In this document: positions 25,746 through 39,597 of the stretch, piece after piece
Layout: every line of letters starts with the position of its first letter
How positions within the stretch are numbered: position 1 is the stretch's first letter
DNA from: Chiloscyllium plagiosum
Taxonomy: Eukaryota
DNA length: 64,000 nucleotides
Direction of reading: 5' to 3'
Assembly: GCF_004010195.1 (NCBI RefSeq)
Contig: NC_057719.1
Coordinates: 58,029,823 to 58,093,822, forward strand
Position numbers and translations under genes: made by a program
Notes under the pieces: model-generated
The model's database searches: none
Told to the model about the DNA's origin: nothing
What the model saw: only the letters and a program-made list of their open reading frames with translations

Positions 25746-26619
25746 AATTTCAACACATGGTATATTCTGAGAAATACACATGACAAAGGTTTATATTTAA
25801 ACCTGGAAAGTGTGACTATTTCAAACTTCTGGGAATCACAAGACATAACATAGTGGCAGGTGTCTGGGGATAAAGCACAAACAGTTAAACATGTTCGCAT
25901 CAAATGCTAATTAGAGTGAGAAAAATCAGCCCAAATTAATGTCTTAGAGTGAGAGAGAAAATGTGAATCAATCAAAAATTAAATGGCCATCGATATAGTA
26001 ATTAACCCACAGCTATAGTTCAGGGCGAATTGAGAGGTTGATAAAAGTTATAGAGGCATTTGAGAAGACTGAACACAAGTTCAGTTCTGTAGTTTTCTAA
26101 CACGTGTTGGTAAAGATGAAAGGATCAAAACAATCTTTTCTGAGCAGGTTACAAATGTTTATATCTGTTTAACGACTGGAAGATCAGTAAGCAAGACAGT
26201 AAAACCCAGACAGCATTTTTGAGGAATTCAGCACACATTTCCAGTCAAAGACAAACCTTCAGCTCTGCCAATATGAATTTCAAACCCTAAGGCAGGTGCG
26301 CCTGTTGACAATTTCTTAATGAAATTGAATTTACACTCATTGGCTTCAATTCTTGAAGAAATTGAATAAAGGCTGGTAGCTCAGTTCACTGGGGCTCTGT
26401 ACACGCTGAAGTATAGAAAGATCTGATTGGAAAGGACAAGCTTACATTATGCAAGCTATAAACATTGCCAGAGCACATGAAGCCAAGGATAAACAGACAA
26501 AAAAGCTTACTATCTAAATGGCTAACCTTCAGTTACGTCAATGGAAAGGCAGAAGGATTGATTCAATGAAACAGCAAGTAAAAAATTCATATCAGAAAGA
26601 AAAACATGGAAGAGCTAGA

Positions 26620-26890
26620 TGTCGCAATTTCAAGATTGTCATCAAGAGAGCTAGGAGTGAGATGAGAAACCTTTTTACGCAGGAGATGATTAGGATTGGG
26701 AATGCACTACCTGGGAGAGTGATCCAGATTCCACAGGAGGTTTCAAATGAGAGCTGGATATATATTTGAAAGTGGTGAATTTAAGTTATGGAAATAGGGC
26801 TAGAGAATGGGACCAGCTAAATAGCTCTTTTAGGAGTTAATACAAATTTGATTGGTTGAATGTCCTCTTTCTGTACTATAAAATTCTACT
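26620..26890 (+). mobile_element. CR1 3' fragment
   Basis: MRNLFTQEMIRIGNALP, then a CR1-type tail. Confidence 0.7.
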
Positions 26891-27924
26891 CTACGGCACA
26901 AGCTATGGATGATGATAAGTTCAAAACAGAAGGAAGTGTCCTGCATACAGATCAAACTGCACTGCTGACAGAAAGCCTAATTATTGTGAAAAGTTATTTA
27001 GAATAAAAGAAAAAAGATGGTGAAGGAGTTGCCAAAAGTAGAGGAATATGGTAAATTTAAAAATAAATCACACTCTGGAAGTTGATGAAGAGTTTCAGAA
27101 TTCAATAGATTTTGGAACAATATAATTGTTATCATCAAATATGGTCTGACAGGAAGCCTGGTACCTAATGGTATGAGAAAACATGGATGAGTGAGTTGTA
27201 TGGAGTGTGTTTAACCGAAAAAGAAAGCTCTCACTGAATATGTGGACTCGGAGACTATTTAAATACAATTATCTTCTAATGTATAACAATAACTGCATGA
27301 AATATCTGGCTACAACATTAAATGCACACAACCAGTCAGGTCAGAATGTGGGTGAAAGGTAAATGCAGAAACATTATTCTGAAGCTGAAGCTTGATATCA
27401 GAGCGCAGAGAAGCATCATTCTGTTCAGACTATACGAGACCAGTCTTCCTGAAAATCTGGAGGAAAATAGCTATGCCAAAGATGCTGCTCAGAACCTGAG
27501 CAACTCAATTCTGAAAATATATGGTGGAATTCAGAGTCATCCAGTGGAAACAATCCAAATCTGAGGAATGCACAAAGGAAGGATTGTTCATTGCAGATTC
27601 TATGGTGTTCTGCAGTTATGACAAGTGCAGCTAATCTAAGCAAACCATAAGGTGAAGGAGGAATTAGTGACTGATACCCATGATACAGCAACCTTAAATC
27701 ACAAAAAATAAAAATCTGACCAGAATGTATCAGGCTGTTTTCATGAGACAGTGGATGGTTTGAAGGTTTTGAGTATTATTGATCCAATGAAGAGGTCAAC
27801 AATCCATCCCGCACATAAAGTACCAATAAAGATCTAGAAGGAAAGCTTGAAGAAGAGCTCCAATAGATGGGAGGTGATCACCAGAGTGATGGGGCCGACA
27901 GAGTAAGTGAATTTGATTGTTATG

Positions 27925-28050
27925 AGAACATAGAACATAGAACAATTCTGCGCAGAACAGGCCCTTCGGCCCTCAATGTTGTGTCGACCTGTGAACTACT
28001 CTCAGCTCGTCCCCCTACACTATCCCATCATCATCCATGTGCTTATCCAA
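27925..28050 (-). mobile_element. CR1 3' tail fragment
   Basis: (catagaa)n followed by acaggcccttcggccc. Confidence 0.75.
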
Positions 28051-29814
28051 AAATTGGGCACTACTAATTTGCCTGGATCCCAAATTAATTAATTAATATC
28101 TTAAATAATGAGAAATTATTATGCTTTTCAAATACTGAAAGTAATAACACCAGCAATCAATGGTGCAAAAATTTTCAACAATCCTGCTGCAGGAAATGGG
28201 TAGTGGAAGGCAAAGCCTGACTATGAATCTTCACTATTGATAATACTTAACACGCTCTTTCAGTGATACAAATACATTTTGGCCTTAGAAAGAGACAAGG
28301 TATAATCCACAGAAAAGAGGTGAGAAACACAAGTTATACAAAGGAGCATTTGCCAAAGCTGATGATATCCACATCCATGGCGTCAATGAAAAAGAGCGTA
28401 ACTGCTATATGTATGAAGTTAACTGAACGGTGCACAGACCTGAGCAAGTTGAGCAGAATCATGAAAAATTCATAGTTATCCTTACAACAGAAGTTCCAAG
28501 AAAAAAGAACTGAGAAGTTTCCGTGGCTTGATCCAGTACATGAGTTCTTTTGTGCATCACGTGAGAACATACAGCAAAACCACATGAATTGATGAGGCCG
28601 AATGTTGAGTGACAGTGGTCAGAAATACACGCCAACAAAATGAACGGTGCCAGAAGATGCCCAACCTATCTGTCACCAAATGAAAAATCTGAGATAGAAG
28701 AGGTGTAGATCCATAACCAATTGAAATTACATCACCAGTATGAATCAAATTAGAAATGAGATCGGCAGAGACAGAGTTACAGATGCTGTCTCAACAAATG
28801 ATCCGGGGATGTCAGGATAAGTTACCACAAATAAAGCTAGCAACAGAGTAGCCTTAATCAATCAGAGATAACATCTCACCAGAAGATGGTGTTCTTCTGG
28901 CTGTATTCAATATCTTCATACTCAAAACAATGCATAAAATCACAAGATGTATAGAAATGTCACATGAGAATAGACAAGTGTAAGTTCTGAGCCAAATTAG
29001 CTATATACTGGATAGGCATCTATCTACATGCCAAAAGTATAAAAATACACAGCAGAAAGAGATGATTGATACTGAATGCATTCATGGTAAAATGTGGGAA
29101 CCAATCTACTCACATAGTCATGAGTGATATCACACACTTGATGACTATTACTCAAAGTTCCCTTTTATTAGAAAGGTGAAAGATTGGACAGTTACAATAA
29201 TCAACTCAGTAGGATGAGTTCTGCTTGCTGAGCAAGCGATTCATGAAAGAGTAATATATGACAATGGAACCCAATTCACCTCCAGCAAGTTTAAGGATGT
29301 TGCAGATAACATGGATTAAACATTATCACATTATCGGACAGAAATAGAAAGACGGTCATTAAATCCAACTCCTGGCTTATTGTGCTACACCTCTCAAGAC
29401 TGACATTAAATTGACTCCAGAGCTACTCTATACCAGGAAGTTAAAGAAATGTTTGCTAACCAAGGCACACCCTCAAATAATCAGAAAAACGAAAAACAAC
29501 AGCTGGTTGATGCATAGACAGAAAGAGATCAACACTTTAACAAGTTTGTCAAATCCTTTCCAAGTAGTTATGAGAACAAAAATATGTAGAGTCCTGGATC
29601 AAACCTGGATTCTTTGTGGTTTCAAGATCATTCATTGTCAAGTCTGAAACTGGTAAGAAAATACAAATGAAATGGCCCTTATTGGTCTAAATCTAAGCTG
29701 GAGAAGTAGTAAAATCACCCAACAAAGTCAATAACACTTCTAACAAGCGAGACAACATCACTCACATGATCAAATGTGATCAATGTCAATGGCAAGTGAT
29801 TCAACTTTAAGCAT

Positions 29815-30232
29815 AAAGGGAGAGGCTGAATAGTCTGGGGCTGTTTTCCCGGAACGCGGAGGCTGAGGGGTGACCTGATAGAGATTTATAAAATTATGAG
29901 GGACACGGATAGGATAAATAGACAAAGTCTTTTCCCTGGGGTGTGGGAGTCCAGAACTAGAGGGCATAGGTTTAGGGTGAGAGGGGAAAGATATAAAAGG
30001 AACTTAAGGGACAACCTTTTCATGCAGAGGGTGGTGTTTGTATGGAATGAGCTGCCAGAGGAAGAGGTGGAGGTAAGTAGAATTGCAACATTCAAAAGGC
30101 ATCTGGATGGGTATATGAATAGGAAGGGTTTAGAGGGAAATGGGCCAAGAACTGGCAAATGGGACGAGATTAGGTTGGGATATCTGGATTGAAGGGTCTG
30201 TTTCTGTACTGCACATCTGTATGACTCTATGA
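29815..30232 (+). mobile_element. HER1/CR1 3' fragment
   Basis: ORF 29896-30192 SRTRGHRFRVRGER..QRVVFVWNELP..FKRHLDGYM. (ctatga)n tail. Confidence 0.9.
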
Positions 30233-31859
30233 CTAGCACAATATCAGGAGCAAAAGGACAACATCACTGAGACCGATAGCTACCAAATCCACAAATGAAA
30301 GCAAACCATCTTACTACTAAAGAAAGTCTATAAATAAACTTTCATAAGAAGGAAAATAAGCCAAAGGAAAAACATCTTAAGGGTGCTCAGATTAATTATT
30401 AAATTAACGACAAATCATCTTTAGGTTAGGCATGAAGGTTGTGTGACAGATGTTACATTCTTCTTCCAGACATAATATTAAACAAGGATAGATGAAGCAA
30501 TAATATGGGTTCTTTGCATCAGGATAAGATTATAGCTAGGCCACATTCAGTGGGGGAACGGTGTAACACATTTTGCTTCTATTACTGCCACTTCAGACTG
30601 TCACAATCATGGAATATTTGTCTTCATCTCAAAGTAAATAATAATTAACAGCAGTCTAAGATGCACCTTCTTAAAGTTTTGTGGTCTGAACGTACTTTAA
30701 CACACACCAATAAATTACAAATTTCTAAAGATTATTGGCAGTTGGCTTATTTGTCCAACTTTAGTTATGGCATTCCTCGCTGGAGGCAACTATAAGTTTT
30801 CAGAATATTTTTTCTGGATATTTTGTTTGTGTTGCATCTAGGTGCAATTGGAAAAGGTAATGCTTCTGGTTGTGGTGTTGTTCTGATTTGGCATCTGTTT
30901 TGTTGCACAGTCATGCTGTTTGATGTTCATACTTGATGCAATATTGATTCTGGGGCATATGTTGATGATTTCTGCTGGATTCCAGGTGCCAACAGTTGGA
31001 TATTATTCTTGTGTAAAGGAAGTGACCCATTTAATGAAGAAATTGAGGTGTTAATTAAATTAAAATAAAAGTAAAAAGCAAACCATTTGAATCATTGCCA
31101 AGAAGCTGGTTAACACGGTACACATAGATCACAAGAACCCATAAAAATCCTTGAATGCCTTACTGTTGGAAGACAGCCAAACACCTTTCAGAAGCCAGAC
31201 AATAAACAGTGTGACCCAAATGGATTCAATGGGAAAAGCTAAGAAAATAAGTGATAAGATTAAAAAAACACAGACTTGTTCCTGACAGTTAAATAAAAAC
31301 TCCATGCAATGCACAATAGCATCTTGGTTTGTAACAGCTACAGGGACAAGATCATTTGTTAAAAGTCAACAACAGGTAGAGGCACACATGTCAGAATCAT
31401 CCAAGCCTCTGAATGATGTGGGCAGATGTAAAATCGTTGGGAAACATCAAGTATCAGTAACAGTAATGAGACTCTTCCTTTGAGATCAAATATGCCTATT
31501 CTCCAAGTATTGAACATGAGATGAGAATCTGGTTAATCAGCAATGAGAGGGCTATTTACATTAAGTTGCATGCATTAACAGCTCCCCATGACTTAACCTT
31601 GCCTCTTGTATATGCAGTTTCCAATTCTCCCTCCGGCTAGACAGAAATTAGACAGTGACAATTCCTGATGTGAAAGTTGGAGCTGGTACCTGACAATGTA
31701 GCTTGCTCCTCTGGCTTTCTAACTTGAACACCATGCACTATATGTTGGACTGCAATACCTTGGCATCAATTACCTGCACCACCAACCAAATCCCACTCTG
31801 TGTCCCTGCGCTCCCTGCTACCCCCCCTCCCCCCACCCACCCTCACCCCCATCAACCTT

Positions 31860-31990
31860 CTTGCAGCTCTGTTGAGCATTAATCCTGGTAGCAACCTTGG
31901 ACCAAGCTGGCAGGGTCTGGTGGGGTGCTCTTCTCTGATAGTCCTGAGCAAAAAGAATGGCCCTCCTTTGTGCTACCTCATTCATGTTTG
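31860..31990 (-). mobile_element. PIF/Harbinger-like Myb/SANT ORF remnant
   Basis: NEVAQRRAILFAQDYQRRAPHQTLPAWSKVATRINAQQSCKK in ORF 31818-32102. Confidence 0.55.
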
Positions 31991-32603
31991 CCATGTCTTG
32001 CTCAATTCTCAGGATGAGAAAACCATACCAGGCATTTTCAAATTGAGTTTCAATATTTGAATTGGGTGAACAACTGCATTTTAAGTATTGCACTGGTACC
32101 AAGAAACCCAGGATGTCCGAGCAGCTGGGTGCACTTCCGCCTTTGACAAGAGGAAGGATGTCATGAGTAGGATTTAACAGAGGCGTGGTGGATAGCTAAT
32201 GAGCTGAGTTTTGGAAAATAACATGAGAAATCTTGCTTGGGCTCATGGAGAGAAACCTTCCATGAAACTCACCAAAGCTGATACCTAGCTAATTTCTGAT
32301 AAAATACAGCCCACTGACATAGCTCAGCTACGTTGCAGGAAAAATGAAAGGGTTGCATTCTAAGAGAATTCCCATTAAAGACTGAAACGTGGAAATTCCA
32401 CACTGTTAAGAAATTATACTGATTGTGAATATAATCTGTCACATGTGTTTGTTTGAAATCCAATTGCTTCTTCAGGCAGATTTCAACATTGTATGTAATT
32501 GGTAAGCAGAATTTCCCTGTTTGAACTATCTCTAATATCTGTATACTTTATTGTATAGTAGTCATTGCTCCAGAATTGTAATCTAGAAGTGATTCGTATA
32601 ATA

Positions 32604-32941
32604 CAGGTAGACTACCCTTTATCTGAAATCCAAAAAGCTCCAAACTCCGAAGGTTTTTTGTGAAGTTTTTATCTCATTAACAAAGTTGTTTGGCGTGCAA
32701 ACAGTTAACCCAACTCCACACCCACTTGATGCATGTCATTCAGATATGACGTGTTGGGGGCATGGCCCAGCACTGGCAGGCCTCAATTCTGTCTTAGGGC
32801 GTGTTACTCACACTGACTGCTGTTTGGTAAGATTTTTTACAAATTTCACTGTAGAGCTGTCACTTATTCTGAAATTCAAAAAACTCAAAATTCCGAAAAC
32901 CAGCTGGTCCCAAGCGTTTCGGATAAAGGATTGTATACCTG
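32604..32941. mobile_element. Tc1/mariner (Tigger-like) MITE
   Basis: TA on both sides (32602-32603, 32942-32943). ~25-bp imperfect TIRs caggtagactaccctttatctgaaa / tttcggataaaggattgtatacctg. Confidence 0.85.
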
Positions 32942-33609
32942 TACATACTTGTGAAAAGCATTAACAGGTTATAGTCTCATATTTAAAACCCCTGAAAACC
33001 ACAAAAGATAATGATTCTATGTGCTGATATTGGTTAACTTAGACAAACTTTTCCCAAAGTTTATATCTGTATATGTATTCAATCCCGAGACAAATTTGCT
33101 AGCCTGGAAACTCCTTGGGGGAACGATATTTTATTTCAGAACCCAGTCAATAGTTAATAATGATAACTAAATCTTTTAATAATCTGAATATTCTTTTCGC
33201 TGTTGTTTTAGATAACACAACTTTTGACTGTATAATTTTACATTGTTGCCAGGGTGGGTGGCAGGTAAAGACTGGAGAACCACTGAACTTTCTGTCCAAC
33301 GTTCATTTGGGTAATTTATAACTTATGTGCTCATCAAAGGAATGTTTCTATGATAATCTATATTGCAAAATTAGATGTTCTTCTCCCCATATAAACACAG
33401 ATTTTCCAATGCCAACCCTTCTGGTCTGTAATCCTCACCAGTGTCTTGATGATACTCATGATTGATGATCAACAACATGTTGTCACTTGCCAGGAGACCA
33501 AACAATCATTACAAACATTGAAAAGAATGAATTTTTATAACAAGTTTTAAATATAATGGATCCTAGAAATGGAATTTCAGAGTTTTTGTATGCATTGTGT
33601 TTAGTATTG

Positions 33610-33830
33610 ACGCAGAGGGTGGTGCTAGTCCTGAATGGGTTGCCAGAGGATGAGGTTGCGGCTGATACAATTTTAACATTTAAAACGCATCTGGACCGGT
33701 ATATGAATAGGAAAGGTTTAGAGGGATATGGGCCAAATGCTGGCAAATGGGACTAAATTAATTTAGGATATCCAGTCGCCATGGACCAGTTGGTCCGAAG
33801 GGTCTGTTTCCATGCTGTACATCTCTGTGA
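33610..33830 (+). mobile_element. HER1/CR1 3' fragment
   Basis: TQRVVLVLNGLPE..FKTHLDRYMNRKGLEGYG. Confidence 0.85.
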
Positions 33831-33950
33831 CTCACTACTTGTCACATATATTTCAGTGTGCAATGTAGTAGGGCATCCTTACATGTATTAATGCCCAGCT
33901 TTGCATTTAGATTATTCTGATTCCTCATATATGGGCATATAGCATATATA

Positions 33951-36900
33951 TAGAACATAGAACATAGAAGAATACAGCGCAGTACAGGCCCTTTGGCCCT
34001 CGATGTTGCGCCAATCCAAGCCCACCTAACCTATACTAACCCACTATCCTCCATATACCTATCCAATGCCCGCTTAAATGCCCATAAAGAGGGAGAGTCC
34101 ACCACTGCTACTGGCAGGGCATTCCATGAACTTACGACTCGCTGAGTGAAGAACCTACCCCTAACTTCAGTCCTATATCTACCACCNNNNNNNNNNNNNN
34201 NNNNNNNNNNNNNNNNNNNNNNNNNNNNNNNNNNNNNNNNNNNNNNNNNNNNNNNNNNNNNNNNNNNNNNNNNNNNNNNNNNNNNNNNNNNNNNNNNNNN
34301 NNNNNNNNNNNNNNNNNNNNNNNNNNNNNNNNNNNNNNNNNNNNNNNNNNNNNNNNNNNNNNNNNNNNNNNNNNNNNNNNNNNNNNNNNNNNNNNNNNNN
34401 NNNNNNNNNNNNNNNNNNNNNNNNNNNNNNNNNNNNNNNNNNNNNNNNNNNNNNNNNNNNNNNNNNNNNNNNNNNNNNNNNNNNNNNNNNNNNNNNNNNN
34501 NNNNNNNNNNNNNNNNNNNNNNNNNNNNNNNNNNNNNNNNNNNNNNNNNNNNNNNNNNNNNNNNNNNNNNNNNNNNNNNNNNNNNNNNNNNNNNNNNNNN
34601 NNNNNNNNNNNNNNNNNNNNNNNNNNNNNNNNNNNNNNNNNNNNNNNNNNNNNNNNNNNNNNNNNNNNNNNNNNNNNNNNNNNNNNNNNNNNNNNNNNNN
34701 NNNNNNNNNNNNNNNNNNNNNNNNNNNNNNNNNNNNNNNNNNNNNNNNNNNNNNNNNNNNNNNNNNNNNNNNNNNNNNNNNNNNNNNNNNNNNNNNNNNN
34801 NNNNNNNNNNNNNNNNNNNNNNNNNNNNNNNNNNNNNNNNNNNNNNNNNNNNNNNNNNNNNNNNNNNNNNNNNNNNNNNNNNNNNNNNNNNNNNNNNNNN
34901 NNNNNNNNNNNNNNNNNNNNNNNNNNNNNNNNNNNNNNNNNNCCGCACTATTTACTTGGGTGGCAACTTTCAGAGATCTGTGTACATGGACACCAAGATC
35001 CCTCTGCTCATCCACACTACCAAGTATCCGACCATTAGCCCAGTACCCCATCTTTTTGTTATTCTTCCCAATGTGAATCACCTCGCACTTAGCTACATTG
35101 TATTCCATCTGCCACCTTTCTGCCCAGCTCTGCAGCTTCTCTATATCCTGCTGTAACCTGCCACATGCTTCCTCACTGTCAACAACTCCTCCGACTTTTG
35201 TGTCATCCGCAAACTTGCTCACCCAACCTTCTAGCCCCTCTTCCAGGTCATTTATAAAAATGACAAACAGCAATGGTCCCAAAACAGATCCTTGCGGAAC
35301 ACCGCTAGTGACGGCACTCCATGAAGAAACTTTGCCATCAACTACTACCCTCTGTCTTCTTCCATCCAGCCAATTTCTAATCCAAACCTCCAACTCACCC
35401 TCAATGCCATATCTCCGTATTTTCTGCAGTAGCCTACCATGGGGGACCTTATCGAACGCCTTACTAAAATCCATATATACCACATCTACCGCTTTCCCCT
35501 CATCAACCTCCTTCGTCACCTTTTCAAAGAATTCAATAAGGTTTGTGAGGCACGACTTGCCCTTCACAAAACCATGCTGACTATCCTTGTTCACATTATT
35601 CCTATCTAGATGTGCATAAATCCTATCCCTTACAATTCTCTCTAAGACTTTGCCCACAACGGAAGTGAGACTCACCGGCCTATAGTTACTAGGGCTATCC
35701 CTACTCCCCTTTTTGAACAAGGGAACCACATTTGCTAGCCTCCAGTCTTCTGGTACTATTCCTGTAGACAACGAGGACATAAAAATTTAGGCCAATGGCT
35801 CTGCAATCTCCTCCCTTGCTTCCCAGAGAATCCTAGGATAAATGCCATCAGGCTCAGGGGACTTATCTATTTTCACCTTTTCCAGGATTTCCAACACCTC
35901 TTCTCTACATACCTCAAAGCCATCCATTCTACTTATTTGTGCCTCAGTATTCTCATCGACAACAATGCCCTGTTCCTGAGTGAATACTGAAGAAAAGTAT
36001 TCATTCAGTGTCTCCCCAATCTCTTCCGCCTCCACACGCAACTTCCCCCTACTATCCTTGACTGGACCTATTCCTACCCTAGTCATTCTTTTATTCCTAA
36101 CATACCTATAGAAAGCCTTAGGGTTTTCCCTAATCCTATCTACTAAGGACCTTTCATGTCCCCTCCTTGCTTCTCTTAGCTCTCTCTTCAGGTCCTTCCT
36201 GGCTTCCTTATAACTCTCAATCGCCCCAATTGAACCTTCACGTCTCATCTTGAGGTAGGCCGCCCTCTTCCATTTAACAAGGGATTCCAATTCCTTATTA
36301 AACCACGGCTCCCTCACACGATCCTTTCCTCCCTGTCTGTCGGGTCCATACTTATCAAGGACACTCAATAGTTGCTCCTTGAACAAGCTCCACATATCAG
36401 TTACGCCCTTGTCTTGAAGCTTACTTTTCCAGGCCACACATCCTAAGTCATGCCTCTCAGCATCATAATTTCCCTGCCCCCATCTATAACTCTTGCCCTG
36501 TAGTGCACACTTATCCCTCTCCATCACTAGAGTAAAGGTCACCGAATTGTGGTCACTGTCCCCAAAGTGCTCACCTACCTCTAATTCTAACACCTGGCCT
36601 GGTTCGTTACCCAGAACCAAATCCAGTATGGCCTCACCTCTTGTTGGCCTGTCTACATATTGTGTCAGGAAACTCTCCTGCACACATTGAACAAACACTG
36701 ACCCATCTAACGAACTTGAGCTATAGCTTTCCCAATCAATATCAGGAAAGTTAAAGTCCCCCATAACAACCACCCTATTACTGTCACTCATCTCCTGAAT
36801 CACCTTCCCTATCCTTTCTTCAATGATTCTAGGACTATTAGGAGGCCTGTAAAAGACTCCTAACAGGGTGACCTCACCTTTCCTATTCCTAACCTTAGCC

Positions 36901-37268
36901 CAAACTACCTCAGATGGCGAGTCTTCATTCATCGTCCTTTCCACAGCTGTAATACTATCTTTGACAAGCAATGCCACACCTCCCCCTCTTTTACCCCCAC
37001 CTCTCACCCTACTTTAAATCCTGGAACCTGCAACAGCCAATCCTGTCCCTGTTCTAGCCATGTCTCCGTAATAGCCACAACATCGAAGTCCCAGGTACCA
37101 ACCCACGCTGCAAGTTCACCTACCTTATTTCGTATACTTCTTGCATTGAAGTATACACACTTCAAGCCACTTTCCTGTTTACAGGCACCCTCCTTGGAAA
37201 TTGATGCCATGTTCCTAACCTCCCTACACTCCAGGCCCTGCACCCTGAAGCTACAATCTGGGTTCCCA
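33951..37268 (-). mobile_element. young CR1 LINE, nearly complete ORF2 (APE + RT), pseudogenised
   Basis: FNARSIRNK, GDFNFP, SDHNSV, YMDFSKAFDKV, GVPQGSVLGP, FADDTK. Frameshift at ~37005 and in-frame TAA at 35787-35789. (catagaa)n tail. Confidence 0.95.
34187..34942. other. assembly gap (N)
   Basis: Run of N inside the CR1. Confidence 0.99.
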
Positions 37269-37935
37269 GATAGTGGCAAAGGTTTCTGTTGGTGCCACTG
37301 TGTAAAAATAGTGTTTGAAGTTCACCATGTTGAATGTTTGCTCACTTTGTGGGTGTCAACGTGCTGGTTATTCTGATTAACAGACTTAACTGCTTGCCTC
37401 AAAATTTTGTGGATCTTGTCTTGAAGCTTTTGGTATGCGATGTTCATTGTTTGAAATGCTGATCTGTCTGACTTTTGATTATGACTTTTCAACATGCCGA
37501 ACCACTTGCTTTGGTCTTTTGCTTTCTGCACTTGTGCTTCTGCATTCTGTGATGCTACATCTTGTTTATAGCATTAAAAGCTGGGCAATTTTGGAGTGCA
37601 TGTATAAGGCCACATTGTCTGCAGTGCTTTCTACACTTTGCTGCTGTGCCAATGGTAGAGAAATTACACATAGCTTGCAGACTCTGCATTATCTTGTGCT
37701 TACTTTGCAATAGCACCTCCATGTTACAAACTTTGGATTCATGCAAGAGGTCATTTCGCAATGTTTCAAGTGGGGTAAATGCTATTAGATGGTTGATTAT
37801 TCTGTCAGCTAGCTAAGCTGTAAACAAGTTGCAATGATGTCCTTTGTCTTGCATAAACTATTAATTCATCAATTACCTCTGTCCACTGTTGTCTGAAAAA
37901 AACAAACTTCAGTGTATTCTGAAGATGCATGATGA

Positions 37936-38092
37936 CTCAGTGGTTAGCACTGCTCCCTCACAGAGCCACAGATGTAGGTCTTCTGTGTGGAGTTTGCACA
38001 TTCTCCCTGTGTCAGTGTGGGTTTCCTCCCGCAGTCCAAAAATGCACAGATCAGGTGGATTGGCCATGCTAAATTGTCCATAGTGTTCCAGG
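37936..38092 (+). mobile_element. HE1-type SINE, partial
   Basis: cagtggttagcactgct head and gtggagtttgcacattctccc core. Confidence 0.8.
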
Positions 38093-39087
38093 ATTAGTGC
38101 CTTCCATTTGAATGCAGGAAATGTAATGATGATTTTACAGCTTCTTGCTCAATCTTTATTGCTCTCTGGAGTTTGACAGTTATTCAATTATCTTCCAGAT
38201 TTTCTATAACCAAATTAACCCCGAGTTGCAATACCTATCATGGCCACTGCATTAGCTGTCAAACACTCTTGCTTGATTGAGATGGGGCACAGTTGATTCT
38301 TATTGCTTTTTCCAAGTTTCAATTCTTAAGCTCTTCCCATGAAGTGATTTTTGGCTCGAAATGAAGCAGGGCACTTGAAAGTGTAAGTGAAACAGTGAAA
38401 AATATTTTTCTTGTCAAACTTCTTTCAATGGTTAGAAAATGTTACTGCTCAGAACTATTGTTGCTGGCCCAGTCTGAGTTTTCAATATTAAGAACATTTC
38501 CACAGACAAGAGAAATTGTTAAAGTGAAACAGGAGTCTGTTGTTTAGTCTCTGTTCTTGTATAAATGGTTAGCAAATGGAAAATAGTATTTAAACTCTCC
38601 TAGATTTGAACAATCTTATTGGGGTCCAGTATCTGCTGACTTGAACAAGGTGAGATCCCAAAATGAAGGAATGTTGTGCAGAATCGTATGCACAGAGCTG
38701 CAGAATCAATTAAACATAATGAGATTTTGATGTCTGGTTATCTCTTGCACACTGGCTATTTTCCATTATTGCTTGACAAGGCTGAATTTTGTATTCTGCT
38801 CAGTCAAATCTTCAAAACTATGCTGCCAGCACGTTAAGGACAATATCTTCAGAAACTGCCAGCGTCATATGTTACATTCCTCTTCCAAACACAAACGTAT
38901 CAATCACAGAGGGGGAATAGCAAAGCAATAATGTTGGTTCTATATCTGAAGTCAACACTTACGTTTTGAGGCAAAGCATACATCTGTCACTGCTTGCTTC
39001 ATACTTCAAGCCATAACACACCAAGGTAGATATAGAAATGACTGATTTAAGATATATTTCTCTCATCATATCAAAATTTTTCAACTT

Positions 39088-39597
39088 TGAGTCATAGAGC
39101 CATGGATATGTACAGCACGGAAACAGACCCTTCAGTCCAACTCATCCATGCTGACCAGATATCATAAATTAATTTAGTCCCTTTTGCCAGTATTTGGCCC
39201 ATATCCCTCTAAACCCTTCCTATTCAGATACCCATCCAGATGCCTGTTAAATATTGTAGTCATACCAGACTCCACCACTTCCTCTGGCAGCTCATTCCAT
39301 TCATGCACTACACTGTGTGTGAAAATGTTGCCCCTTAGGTCCTTTTCAAATCTTTCCCCTCTCAGTCTAAACCTGTACTCTCTAGTTCTGGACTACCCCA
39401 TCTCAGGGAAAAGACTGTCTATTTACACTAGCCATATCCCTCAAGATTTTCTAAACCTCTATAAGGTCACCCCTCAGCGTCCGACACTCCAGGGAAAATA
39501 GTTCCACCGTTTTCACCTTCTCCCTCTTGCTCAAACCCTTGAACCTTGACAACATCCTTGTATAAATCTTTTCTGAACCTTTGTAAATTTTACATCC
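39088..39597 (-). mobile_element. HER1/CR1 3' fragment
   Basis: Reverse complement matches the CR1 3' ends at 29815-30232 and ~58040-58510. Confidence 0.9.

Larger units (their letters stand above)
25850..29700 (+). mobile_element. highly degenerate Ty3/Gypsy internal region (gag-PR-RT-IN)
   Basis: gag-like IFEEFSTHFQSKTNLQLCQYEFQTLRQ (~26215-26295). Protease-like KLKLDIRAQ (~27380). Integrase DYYSKFPFIRKV (~29140) and DNGTQFTSSKF (~29260). Interrupted by CR1 tails. Confidence 0.7.
30451..39085 (-). mobile_element. old LTR retrotransposon with two diverged LTR-like ends (~30451-30660 and ~38870-39085), internally deleted and interrupted
   Basis: tgttacattc(t/c)tcttcca..aagcaataat..ggttct occurs at both 30451 and 38870. 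gag knuckle CRQCGLIHALQNCPAF (~37570-37625). Integrase-tail-like TWNPAEIINICP..NRCQIR (~30880-30990). Confidence 0.5.

Noticed and set aside
34031..35156. Long ORFs of 305 and 336 aa
   Set aside because: Artefacts of translating through the N gap.
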